Source: a bacterium (lineage in GTDB: Bacteria > Electryoneota > Electryoneia > Electryoneales > Electryoneaceae). Taken from it: a stretch of 64,000 nt of DNA. The notes beneath the pieces are model-generated. The model was not told where the DNA came from. It did no database searches and was given only the letters and a program-made list of their open reading frames with translations. Below are positions 51,799-61,623 of this stretch, in pieces. The stretch's first letter is position 1; each line of letters opens with the position of its first letter. The stretch spans positions 5,216,001-5,280,000 of the forward strand of contig OY769902.1 in the NCBI GenBank assembly GCA_963669175.1. Reading direction: 5' to 3'. The position numbers and the translations under genes were made by a program.

Positions 51799-54700
51799 TC
51801 AGCGCAACAGGATCATCCTCTGAACCTGGCTTACATCACGTACCCCGTGCTGGACAAAATGTACCCGGCAGAAATACATACCGCTGGCTACAGGAAATCC
51901 ACTATCTGAAAGTCCATTCCAATGTATCGTGTGATACCCTGCTGCGACCTGTTTCTCGTGCAGGGTAGCAACTTTGCGTCCCAGGACATCATAGACAACA
52001 AGACTCAACTGCCCGGCCTCCGGCAGATCGATCCTGATATTGGCGGACTGGTTGAAAGGATTGGGATAGGGTGCATGGAATGCAAAGGATTGCGGCAATT
52101 CTTCCCTGGAATCCTCAACACCAGCATACTCAAAAGTCGTTCCGAAAACCCATTCGGTGTGCGTGCAGATTCCTTCATACTGATTCGGGCTGCAATCCCG
52201 GATGGTATCATAACTGCCCTCATTCAAACTGAAACAGGCGGCAAGATCGGGTTCGGTTCCCTCGAGGGTATGATTCGAATTCGCCAGCAGGGTTGCTTCA
52301 TCCAGGGCAACCTGCCAGAATCTGACCGCATCCATGTCGCCGACAAACCGGTTCGAATGATCAGAACTGTTACCGATTGTGACCATTTGTTGTTCATCTA
52401 TTCGCAATTCCGATCCAATGTTTCCCATTGAATACGCGACCGGCTGGGGTTCGCCATTGATGAAAAGATCAACCGTGCCTTCATCACCATCATACATCAT
52501 GGCAATATGCTGCCACCCCCAGACATGTATGGAATTGGCTGGCGTACATATCCAGTAGTTGTTGTAATCTGAAAACCGTAGCTTTGCAACGAGACATCTC
52601 GCGGGATAGTGCGAACTTGCCCGATTATGCAGGAACAGGCTGAAGCCATCCGTTTCAACAATATGGGCAAACCCCGCCGAATCCTGCGTACCATAGCTGG
52701 CGGGTGAAATCCAGGCTTCAAACGTGAGTTCATCTGCCAGGTTATCCAGTCCCGGCATATGTATATCCGCTGCCGACCATTCTTCGCCGAACTCCAACGC
52801 GCTTTCACCGTCAAACACACGAATGTAGTCCTGATATACGCGTGACTGTGTATTTGTGCCATTCGCGGCTTGCAGGGTAACAGAATATTCACCGGGAACA
52901 GTATAGGTGAACTCCGGATTCTCCAGGTATGAATCAAAGTCCCCGTCACTGGTAAAATCCCAGGCCCAATCAAGAACAGGGTAATACTCATTGCTTATTG
53001 TCGCATCCTGAAACTGAATTGTCACCGGGGCATGACCGGATCGAATATCCGATTCAATTGCGGGCCGGTTCAGCAGCGACAGACTGAAATACTCACAAAT
53101 CCTGCTTAACAGGTGATCACGTGAATTCTGACCGGTCCCCTCCAGCGCATTCAAAACCACAGACATGCAGAAAGTATGTTGCCCATAGTCACCCTCATTT
53201 TGAATAGCTACCGGTCCATATTCTGCCAGATTAAATGCGATTGCGCCATTCCTGTCGGGCGCAAGAGCGTCTATCCAATTCAGATTTACCTGATTGGATT
53301 CAAGGTAGTATAGCCCATTGCCCAATGTACCAGCAGTCCCAACAATCTCATTACGCGGTACATACTCGTTGCTGAACAAGACGGTCCTGACTCCGAAAAG
53401 ACTAAGCAGGTCAGTGTTGTAACGCTGGTCAAACCCCAGGGCGCAACCACCTTCCAGGTATACATTCCCACCATTCTCGATATAGCGCTCAACAACCAGT
53501 GACATTGCTGGCGTAAAAGCAGAATAGGTGGAACCGTCAAGCCCATAATTGCCATAACTCAGGAATACTGCATCAAAACCACGGAACGTGCTTGGGAAGA
53601 TTTCGGCGTAAACCACATCCAGTCCCTGAGATTCAAGGAATTCCGTGATAAACTGTCCGCTGAAATTCAGCCCATCGGGGTCGCCATCAAATACAAATAC
53701 ATCCCCGGCGCCTGCCGGAAACATGATCTCTGTCTCCGTATCGAAAACAACCGGGAAATCCGCTTCAATTTCCAGGTTGATTCTTGCTAAATGATAGTCT
53801 GCATCCTCGTCCACAGTTAGGCAGAATGCGTCCTCCAGAATGAAGGTACCCTCACCGGGCATTACAAACGCACAGGTGTCGTCAACAAGGTGAATGCTTT
53901 CATCGGCAGTACTGATCCGCAGCAGGGCATTCCCGGGGGCGATTTCATGAGTAAGTTCCATCAATTCAATGCTGAAATAGATATTCTCATACGGTTCATG
54001 AACACCTGCCATACGGGGCTGAATGACATTGTAATGCAGAATAACATCACGTTCAAAAGATGGGTTTTCTTCATCAAGGCAGTTGAATGCATTTATCCGG
54101 CCAGTCCCCAGTTGATTCTCCATGCCAGGATTTAAACGAGAGATATCCTCCGTCGTGCCAAGTACCTGGTTGATCAGTTCTTCACGCTCCCAATCCGGGT
54201 GATATGACTTCAGCAATCCGAACAACCCCGCAACCACTGGGGAAGCCATGGACGTACCACACATCCTTGAATACGAGTTTGTACCTGCTGTGCTCAGAAT
54301 ACCGGAATCAGCAAAGTGATCGCCACCCGGCGCGCTGACATCCACCAATGTACCGTAAGATGAATAATCAGCCATGACATTACCATAATTAACCGATGCG
54401 ACAGATACTACACAGGGATAACAAGCTGGATAGGAAGGAGTATCTGAGGCGCTGTTGCCGGCGGCAGCCACAACAACAATCCCCTGGCTGGCAGCATATT
54501 GCATGATTTCTTCTCCGCCGCGAAGATACATGGAGCTGCCCCAACTGCAGTTGATTATATCCACACCAAGGTTGATCATGTAAACTACACCATCAAACGT
54601 ATTGTATGCCGAAGTGCCTGCATAGTCGGAATGACTTGTGGCAACGACATTGACATTCCATGAAATACTGGCAATCCCGAATCCATTATTGGTGCCACCT

Positions 54701-55497
54701 GCTGAGAGTCCGCTCACATGTGTGCCATGGCTGGTTATACTCACATCATCTGCGATATTGTCCTCTTCCCCTTCAGCGTTATAAAAGTTCCAGCCGCAGA
54801 AATCGTCAATGAAACCATTTTGGTCATCATCAATCCCGTTTACATCATCAGGATCAAAACTCCATCCATTCCCCTCCCGATACCACGTAACGCCGTCGCC
54901 GTCGATATCTTCGCCAAGGTTATTCCACATGTTGGCAGCCAAGTCATCGTGATCCCAGGCAATCCCGGTATCAACAACTCCAATCAGAATCGTGCTGTCA
55001 CCACCTTCACCGTGGTGGATATCCCAGGCCTCACTGGCATCAATCTGCCGGAGATGTTGCATCACGTGATACGTGGTGTCATTGGGCACTTCAAAACACT
55101 CGCAGATCACATCCGGTTCCGCCCAGGTGATCGCCGGATGGGCTTCCAGAACTTTTGTAGCAGTCCTTACATCCAGGTTTTCCGGAAAAACAAGCAGGTA
55201 TATTCGTGACAGGTCTGGAACGGCAGGATCTTCAGGGGGCTTTATAAAAGGGTATTTTCTCTCTATTCGACTGGCATGTAATCGATCGAAACGCTCCTGC
55301 AGCGAAGGAATGCTGCATGTGATCTTCCCCTCCTGATCTTCAATCAGAGGAACATCCGCAGCCAGGCGAAATAGTAGCCTTCCAGGTCGAATTAAAGAGG
55401 AGTCATCCGCGTCTACAAGAGGAACAAAGGCAAGGAGTACTAACATCCCAAGGCAGGACACGACAGAGGAGTACCGTACACGCATCCAACATCTCAT
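51799..55497 (-). CDS. Secreted S8 subtilase with PKD, LamG and C-terminal FlgD-Ig/sorting-type domain (paralog 1)
   Basis: DTG, HGTHVSG and GTSMASP. Same architecture and nearly the same length as the neighbour. Confidence 0.9.
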   Translation of the reverse strand: MRCWMRVRYSSVVSCLGMLVLLAFVPLVDADDSSLIRPGRLLFRLAADVPLIEDQEGKITCSIPSLQERFDRLHASRIERKYPFIKPPEDPAVPDLSRIYLLVFPENLDVRTATKVLEAHPAITWAEPDVICECFEVPNDTTYHVMQHLRQIDASEAWDIHHGEGGDSTILIGVVDTGIAWDHDDLAANMWNNLGEDIDGDGVTWYREGNGWSFDPDDVNGIDDDQNGFIDDFCGWNFYNAEGEEDNIADDVSITSHGTHVSGLSAGGTNNGFGIASISWNVNVVATSHSDYAGTSAYNTFDGVVYMINLGVDIINCSWGSSMYLRGGEEIMQYAASQGIVVVAAAGNSASDTPSYPACYPCVVSVASVNYGNVMADYSSYGTLVDVSAPGGDHFADSGILSTAGTNSYSRMCGTSMASPVVAGLFGLLKSYHPDWEREELINQVLGTTEDISRLNPGMENQLGTGRINAFNCLDEENPSFERDVILHYNVIQPRMAGVHEPYENIYFSIELMELTHEIAPGNALLRISTADESIHLVDDTCAFVMPGEGTFILEDAFCLTVDEDADYHLARINLEIEADFPVVFDTETEIMFPAGAGDVFVFDGDPDGLNFSGQFITEFLESQGLDVVYAEIFPSTFRGFDAVFLSYGNYGLDGSTYSAFTPAMSLVVERYIENGGNVYLEGGCALGFDQRYNTDLLSLFGVRTVLFSNEYVPRNEIVGTAGTLGNGLYYLESNQVNLNWIDALAPDRNGAIAFNLAEYGPVAIQNEGDYGQHTFCMSVVLNALEGTGQNSRDHLLSRICEYFSLSLLNRPAIESDIRSGHAPVTIQFQDATISNEYYPVLDWAWDFTSDGDFDSYLENPEFTYTVPGEYSVTLQAANGTNTQSRVYQDYIRVFDGESALEFGEEWSAADIHMPGLDNLADELTFEAWISPASYGTQDSAGFAHIVETDGFSLFLHNRASSHYPARCLVAKLRFSDYNNYWICTPANSIHVWGWQHIAMMYDGDEGTVDLFINGEPQPVAYSMGNIGSELRIDEQQMVTIGNSSDHSNRFVGDMDAVRFWQVALDEATLLANSNHTLEGTEPDLAACFSLNEGSYDTIRDCSPNQYEGICTHTEWVFGTTFEYAGVEDSREELPQSFAFHAPYPNPFNQSANIRIDLPEAGQLSLVVYDVLGRKVATLHEKQVAAGYHTIHWNGLSDSGFPVASGMYFCRVHFVQHGVRDVSQVQRMILLR

Positions 55498-56103
55498 TGA
55501 TCACCCTCCAGTGGTTTCTATATAATAAGAACCCATTTTGCACGAGTACAAAACAAATGAGAATTAAATTGAAATAATGCTGACTCTCTCGCCGGGTATA
55601 AGAAAACCTGACAGGAACATGTACTGAAGTTGTTCTCAATTTCATTCTGTCATGAGGAGATTGCCGGGAAAAGGGGACGGGATCCTTTTCCTTGCGCTTA
55701 TACGGAATACTCTTGAAGCATTCATGGAAAAGGAAACTGGACCCTTTTCCATGTAATTCCTGCCTGCTCACAAGAAAAAGGCTACAGCCACCTTTCCCGA
55801 ACCTTTTTCACAGAGTCGGGTGGCCCTGTACGTTTCTAACAGTACTGCAAAAGAGTGCATGGCCCGATTTGCCGGAAGTGCAACACGATACTCTCGAGAT
55901 GCTGACAAGATTTGTGGGGCGTCCTCTTATGAAGCGGATTATGAGCAAGTCGGGAACTGCGGAGAGCCTGGGTGGCCCGATTCACAAGTGATGGCGCTTC
56001 CGGTATCGTTGCAGTTTGAATACTGTGATGCTGTTTTGACTCACGACGCAACGTCGAGTGAGTCGGGACTGTGACAGGGAAATGTTTTACAGAGCTACAG
56101 AAA

Positions 56104-56658
56104 TCAAGTGCTTTTCCAGGGTGTTTCCGGGTGATTCGCTCGGTGATTGGCCCATCTTGCCAGCGTGAACAGGTGATCGGACAGGCGATTCGTAAACTTG
56201 ACCGCAAAACTGTTCACCTTTCCTACCTCATCGATTAGCTCTACCAGGCGGCGTTCACCTCTTCGGCAAATTGTCCGCGCAATATGCAGCGCTGCTCCGG
56301 CCGGACAACCACTGGGCAGGATAAAATGGGTCAATTTCTCCAAGTCTTCGTCCATACGGTCGATATCACGTTCCAGTTCGAGCACATCTTCCTCGGTCAT
56401 CCTTGGAATCGCGAACTGTTCCGGTTCTTCATCAAATTCGGCGGCAACATCACTGCACAGGGTATGAATTTTCGGCTGGATGCGTGCCAGGACAGCTTCA
56501 ACCTCGGCATCGGTGTTGATAGAACGAACATACCCGACCCAACTGTTCAGCTCGTCCAGGGTGCCATAGGCTTCCACGCGGGCGCTGGACTTGGACACAC
56601 GCCCGCCTTTTAAGAGACTGGTCTGTCCCTTGTCACCTGTCTTTGTATAGATTTTCAT
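56104..56658 (-). CDS. pduO: ATP:cob(I)alamin adenosyltransferase (PduO type)
   Basis: MKIYTKTGDKGQT, YGTLDELNS, ARTICRRGER and NRLSDHLF. Confidence 0.92.
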   Translation of the reverse strand: MKIYTKTGDKGQTSLLKGGRVSKSSARVEAYGTLDELNSWVGYVRSINTDAEVEAVLARIQPKIHTLCSDVAAEFDEEPEQFAIPRMTEEDVLELERDIDRMDEDLEKLTHFILPSGCPAGAALHIARTICRRGERRLVELIDEVGKVNSFAVKFTNRLSDHLFTLARWANHRANHPETPWKST

Positions 56659-56707
56659 GATGTCACCAAAGCAGTATCTAGTGGATCGGTTCACCTGGAT
56701 CGGTCCA

Positions 56708-57742
56708 CTACTGTTCTGAATCCTCTTCCGGTTCCGGTTCCGGTGTTTCCTCTTCAGTCACATCCGGTTCACAGTCTTCCAGTCCGCCACCCTTGTACAG
56801 CATTCTGCCCAGCAGGTTGATGTAATCTGTGAAGACACCGCCTCCTGTTCCGGCTTTATCCAGCTCACGTTCGATCGCATTCAATTTGCTGTCGATTTCG
56901 TCCAGGTAATACAGCACAAAGGCTTCAGGCGTCATCGGTTCAACCGGACAGCCATTTTCACGTTTTCCCTGATGGCTCAGAATCAGGTGTTGCAGATGAA
57001 CCAGGGTTTCACGGTCCAGACCTTCGACATTCTCCGCCGCTTTCCGGACAAAGTCAGCCCCAAGAACGATATGCCCCAGCAACCGGCCTTCAACCGTGTA
57101 GTCGATAGCTGTATCGTATTTGAGTTCCTGGAGTTTGCCGACATCATGCAGGAAAGCTCCTGCTATCAGTATGTCAGTATTCAATTGCGGATAATGCTCG
57201 CCAAACCTGGATGCTATCTTGACCATGGACGCCGAATGTTGCAGGAGGCCGCCGAGATACCCGTGATGCCAGCGTTTTCCTGCCGGGGCGGACTGGAACT
57301 GCTTCATGAATTCTTCGTCACCCAACAGGGAAAGCATGAGATTTTTCAACCCCTCATGCTGCATCCTGCTCAACGCCCAGCGGATTACAGACCAGTCTTC
57401 TTCGGGATCATAGTCTGTTGACGGCAGGAAACGGCTCATGTCTGTCGGTTCTTCTGCAGGACGAATGCGAAGGATCTTCAATTCAGGATTGCCGAGGTAT
57501 TCTCCCACTCCGGCGCGCACCTTAACGACAGTCCCTTCACTGAGCACCTGGTAGGCAACCTTGGCATCTTCCCATAGCTTGCCGGAAATTCTCCCGGTCC
57601 GATCCGTGAATTCACATGTCAGGTAGGGTTTGTTTGCACGAGTGGTTCCCAGCTTGACGCTGCGAAGTACGTAGTACCCGTCAAAAAAATCTCCGATGTG
57701 AAGATCTGTGATGTACGGATGATCACTCCTTGTCAATTCCAT
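56708..57742 (-). CDS. yhaM: YhaM-like 3'-5' exoribonuclease (OB fold + HD domain)
   Basis: OB fold DRTGRISGKLW; APAGKRWHHGYLGGLLQH, LHDVGK and ILSHQG. Confidence 0.85.
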   Translation of the reverse strand: MELTRSDHPYITDLHIGDFFDGYYVLRSVKLGTTRANKPYLTCEFTDRTGRISGKLWEDAKVAYQVLSEGTVVKVRAGVGEYLGNPELKILRIRPAEEPTDMSRFLPSTDYDPEEDWSVIRWALSRMQHEGLKNLMLSLLGDEEFMKQFQSAPAGKRWHHGYLGGLLQHSASMVKIASRFGEHYPQLNTDILIAGAFLHDVGKLQELKYDTAIDYTVEGRLLGHIVLGADFVRKAAENVEGLDRETLVHLQHLILSHQGKRENGCPVEPMTPEAFVLYYLDEIDSKLNAIERELDKAGTGGGVFTDYINLLGRMLYKGGGLEDCEPDVTEEETPEPEPEEDSEQ

Positions 57743-57764
57743 GCTTTCCTCCCCCGCCGGGTTT

Positions 57765-58796
57765 TCACCCGTAAAGTTCGTGTACAATGTTCAGTGCATT
57801 GGTGATCTTGTCGTCATCTATATCCAGGTGGGTAACCAGGCGCACCTTGTATTTTCCGGCAAGTGTTACGTGCATGCCCCTTGCCGCTACAGCGCTGGCG
57901 AACCTTGTGCCTGCGAGACCGCGTTCAGACATATCAAGGATAATGATATTGGAATCAAGATGATCCAGGTCAATGCTGAAACCACTGATTTCAGCCAGCC
58001 CTTTTGCAAGGTTCTTCGCCCTGCGATGGTCTTCAACCAGGCGTCCCCTGTTATGCTCCACAGCATAGAGAGCAGCGGCGGCGATCAAGCCAACCTGACG
58101 CATGCCGCCACCAAGACGCTTACGGAAACGATGCGCCTCTTCTATCAATTCTTCCGGTCCAGCGATACAACTTCCGATTGGAGCGCCCAGCCCTTTACTG
58201 AAGCAGACAGATACCGTGTCCGCAAACTTGGCCCATTCTCTTTCTGATATTCCGCTGGCTGCCGCTGCGTTCCAAAGACGCGCTCCATCCAGGTGCACCG
58301 CCATTCCGTTTTCTTTGGCAAAGCCGGACAAACGCCTGACTTCACGCACTGGCCAGACTTTGCCCCCGCTCCGGTTGTGCGTATTCTCGATGACGACCAG
58401 TTTTCCCGGAGGAAAATGGTGATCTTCCGACCGCAAGCGCTCTTCCAGTTGCTCCGCTGTAAATACGCCACGTTCACCGGGAATGGGATGAACCTGTACC
58501 CCGGAAATAAAAGCCGGAGCGCCGGATTCATAATTGAAGATGTGGCTGCCCGCCTCACAGAAGACTTCATCACCAGGAACGGTATGAATCTTGATCGCTA
58601 TCTGGTTTGCCATTGTTCCCGACGGAACGAACAGGGCGCGTTCCTTGCCAAGAAGATCCGCGACTTTTTCCTGGAGTTTGTTGACTGTCGGGTCATCGCC
58701 GAAAACATCATCGCCCACTTCGGCATCGTACATGGCCCGGCGCATTTCCTTGGATGGACGTGTTACGGTATCACTGCGAAGATCAATAGCAATCAT
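57765..58796 (-). CDS. ltaE: Low-specificity L-threonine aldolase
   Basis: [24 protein letters not shown] and CFSKGLGAP. Confidence 0.93.
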   Translation of the reverse strand: MIAIDLRSDTVTRPSKEMRRAMYDAEVGDDVFGDDPTVNKLQEKVADLLGKERALFVPSGTMANQIAIKIHTVPGDEVFCEAGSHIFNYESGAPAFISGVQVHPIPGERGVFTAEQLEERLRSEDHHFPPGKLVVIENTHNRSGGKVWPVREVRRLSGFAKENGMAVHLDGARLWNAAAASGISEREWAKFADTVSVCFSKGLGAPIGSCIAGPEELIEEAHRFRKRLGGGMRQVGLIAAAALYAVEHNRGRLVEDHRRAKNLAKGLAEISGFSIDLDHLDSNIIILDMSERGLAGTRFASAVAARGMHVTLAGKYKVRLVTHLDIDDDKITNALNIVHELYG

Positions 58797-58950
58797 GACT
58801 CTCCTTAAAAGGCTGGTGAATGTGTATCGCGGATTATGGTAGGGAGCTTTTCAGGCAGGGTCAAGCGACTCAACCGTGAAACAGATAACTCACAGGAGTA
58901 ATGTCAGGCTTTCAGGCTTGTGGATCAATTCATACAAATCGCTTCACTTC

Positions 58951-60111
58951 TTAACGCTCATCATCAACTTCGATGATCAGCACTCCAAATCGCAGCACGA
59001 AAGGATACAGTTTCCCAATGGGATAGTCTGCCATATCGCCCCAGGTCGCCAGCATGAATCCAGCTCCTCCCTGCAGGGCCAGTCCTTCGGAAAGGGCATA
59101 TTGACCACCAAGACCATATATCAGGTACCCGTTCGCGGCAGGATCACCGAAACGCGCACGAATCCCGGTATCAAGTGTCAACGGATCCCATCCCCTGTAA
59201 TGAATGGCGATTCCCGTTTCCTCGTAGATTCCTTCTCCATCAAATACTGTTGTATTGTGGTTGATGCCATTGGCTAATGTCAGTGTACCGTCCCATTCGG
59301 CAGAGTATTCTTCACCACGTATGCCGAATCCAACCCTGAAAGTCGGCGCACCATTGAAGGTGATATCAGTAGAGGCACGACTGAAGCCATTTCCATCCGG
59401 ATCTCGATGTACCACAGTACCCACAGCCGGGAAGACAACACTGGCTCCCCAGGCATATCGTTCACGATTCCAGCGTAATCCCGCCGCTACTTCATACAGG
59501 TTCGGTTCGTAAAGATCCTCAATCCGGGCAGAACCGGAAGCAATCGCACCGACACCATAGGTGCCTGTCACCCATCGAACAGCGGCTCCGAAATCCAACC
59601 CCTTGAACAGGCTGCGGGCATAGGCAGCCTCGATATTAAGTAAGCCCAATCGAGCGCTGTGAGTGACATACTGGTACTCGACACCACCAAAAACACAGGA
59701 TCGCGGAACATATCCCAAAACAAAATTACCCTTGCCCAGGCGGGTCAAGTAGAGCACTGAGCCAACTTCGATGCGTGGACTACGAGAATCTGTTCCGGAA
59801 CGGTAGGATGCTGCCCCCCAGATGCTCCCTTCGACAGTCATCTCATTTCTGTCGCAGACGTACTGCGCAGGATTGTTCAGTCCGGCAGAAACCCCTGATC
59901 CAAGGGCCACACCACTTGAAGCTCTTGCCACCTGTAACGCATCACCGTATCCCATAACCGGGCCGTAAACGCCAAAACCCTGTGCCAGCACAGGATTAAG
60001 AATACCGCCCCCGGAAAGGACAACAAGAACCAATAGGGAAACAGCCGAGATTCGTAGAACAGCAGATGCGTTGAGGATCTTCCTGGGATTCATGCCCTTC
60101 ACCACTTCCAT
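58951..60111 (-). CDS. Hypothetical exported protein, probably an outer-membrane beta-barrel
   Basis: Signal peptide, NNPA motif and alternating aromatic/glycine strands. Confidence 0.6.
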   Translation of the reverse strand: MEVVKGMNPRKILNASAVLRISAVSLLVLVVLSGGGILNPVLAQGFGVYGPVMGYGDALQVARASSGVALGSGVSAGLNNPAQYVCDRNEMTVEGSIWGAASYRSGTDSRSPRIEVGSVLYLTRLGKGNFVLGYVPRSCVFGGVEYQYVTHSARLGLLNIEAAYARSLFKGLDFGAAVRWVTGTYGVGAIASGSARIEDLYEPNLYEVAAGLRWNRERYAWGASVVFPAVGTVVHRDPDGNGFSRASTDITFNGAPTFRVGFGIRGEEYSAEWDGTLTLANGINHNTTVFDGEGIYEETGIAIHYRGWDPLTLDTGIRARFGDPAANGYLIYGLGGQYALSEGLALQGGAGFMLATWGDMADYPIGKLYPFVLRFGVLIIEVDDER

Positions 60112-60114
60112 GCG

Positions 60115-60915
60115 TTAAAACTGGAATGCTTCTACGTAGATAATCTTCAGCTCACGTCCGATCCCGGGCGTACTGGCGCTGGATTGCAGAATATCCGTCA
60201 CGTTGAATTGCAGCGCGAAGGATTGCGCGAAGCTCCACCGTACCCCGGCGCTCAAATAGCCTTTTCCTTCACCATACATTCCATCTTCCACATTGTCATC
60301 CAGGGCAAAATCATATTCTGCCAGAATAACCATCTGCTCGTTGAAACTGAAATCGACACCGGCAAAGAAATCAATCGTTCGGTCTTCATCACCTGTTTCA
60401 ATGGTGTTGTAACTCGCGCCGCCATGAATGCCAAACCGTCCCAGTGAACTCATCCAGTTCCGGGATGCAGCGGCAAACAAACCCGGGGCTTTGAAAAGGT
60501 AGCGGTCTTCATTCCAGAAATCATGCCCCTGCATGTCAAAGCCAATGGTGATCGCAGGCAGGACATTTGTCTCCTCAATCAGGCGATACTTCGCAATGAC
60601 ACCGGGGAACTTGTTCCAAACCGGGTCTGCATAACCCAGGATGTGGTCACCACCATAGGAAACGCCAAACATGAAGCGGTGAAACAGGCCCATTCCGACC
60701 CCCATATTCATCCCGCCGTTCCCGAAACTGCGCATGGTAAGCTGGTATTGCCCTTTCTTCAGCAAGCCGGCCGTAGGCGTGTGAATGACTTGTTGAAGTT
60801 CAAGGTTTTCCAGGTTATCGGCAGTCTGTGCAGCGGCAAAATCCGCTAAGCCACTCCAAGCAAGAAGCAGAACGGAGAAGCTCAAATAGAGGAGAATGCT
60901 CTTTCTGAGGGCCAT
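60115..60915 (-). CDS. YjbH-like outer-membrane protein
   Basis: Signal peptide, HTPTAGLL motif and a beta-strand-rich sequence ending in Phe. Confidence 0.55.
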   Translation of the reverse strand: MALRKSILLYLSFSVLLLAWSGLADFAAAQTADNLENLELQQVIHTPTAGLLKKGQYQLTMRSFGNGGMNMGVGMGLFHRFMFGVSYGGDHILGYADPVWNKFPGVIAKYRLIEETNVLPAITIGFDMQGHDFWNEDRYLFKAPGLFAAASRNWMSSLGRFGIHGGASYNTIETGDEDRTIDFFAGVDFSFNEQMVILAEYDFALDDNVEDGMYGEGKGYLSAGVRWSFAQSFALQFNVTDILQSSASTPGIGRELKIIYVEAFQF

Positions 60916-61623
60916 GGCAACCTCGCAAAGTCCAAATTATTAAACGAGTTGAACACGATAAAAACTCGCACACACGATAAACCAGTTACGCAATCAATCT
61001 ACACCTGCTTCGCAGTGATGGTGCAATATACTGTCTTTTCTGCTCCAAGGCCAATGATAAACAGGAAAATTCTAATTGAAACTGCGCGCCTGTCAACAAT
61101 AACAGCTATAACGGAAGTCAACCATTTCAGTGAGTTTAGCCCAGAAGGCATACCAGCCGTGATGTTGTACCGGCTGACAATTGTGACCTCAAAGTGTATC
61201 TTTAGTAATTATTGAACCCCTGCCCTCACATTGCATGGACTCCAGCGCATCGTTTAACATTCACGATTGCAACAGCTTGACCAGGAAGTTTGCGATTCTA
61301 TATTTTTGAAAATGATCTTGATTTCATTGCAATCTTATGAAGAACCCGCTAAATTCCATCGATTCGTTGTTTCTTGAATATTACGGAGCCGTTTAGAAAC
61401 ATTGCTGTTTACACACTGGGACCGGGATTATAGGGTCCCTTATTACGTTTGCCATTCGTGCTGCCACATCCTGGGACGGGCTACTTCACCGACAGCGCTG
61501 AGACAGTAATGTTTCTACGTTTGTTCCGATGCACCATGAACGAGTAAGAAGTCAGAATTCAGCAGGACAGTAAGCGGACAGCTTCCCCGATCCTGGGTAG
61601 ATCTGCTTGGAAGGAGTATCTGC

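Noticed and set aside
61215-61623. Cobalamin riboswitch in the long leader of the TonB receptor
   Set aside because: Some hairpins exist (GGGACC...GGTCCC), but I could not find the conserved B12-box motifs. An Rfam scan would settle it.
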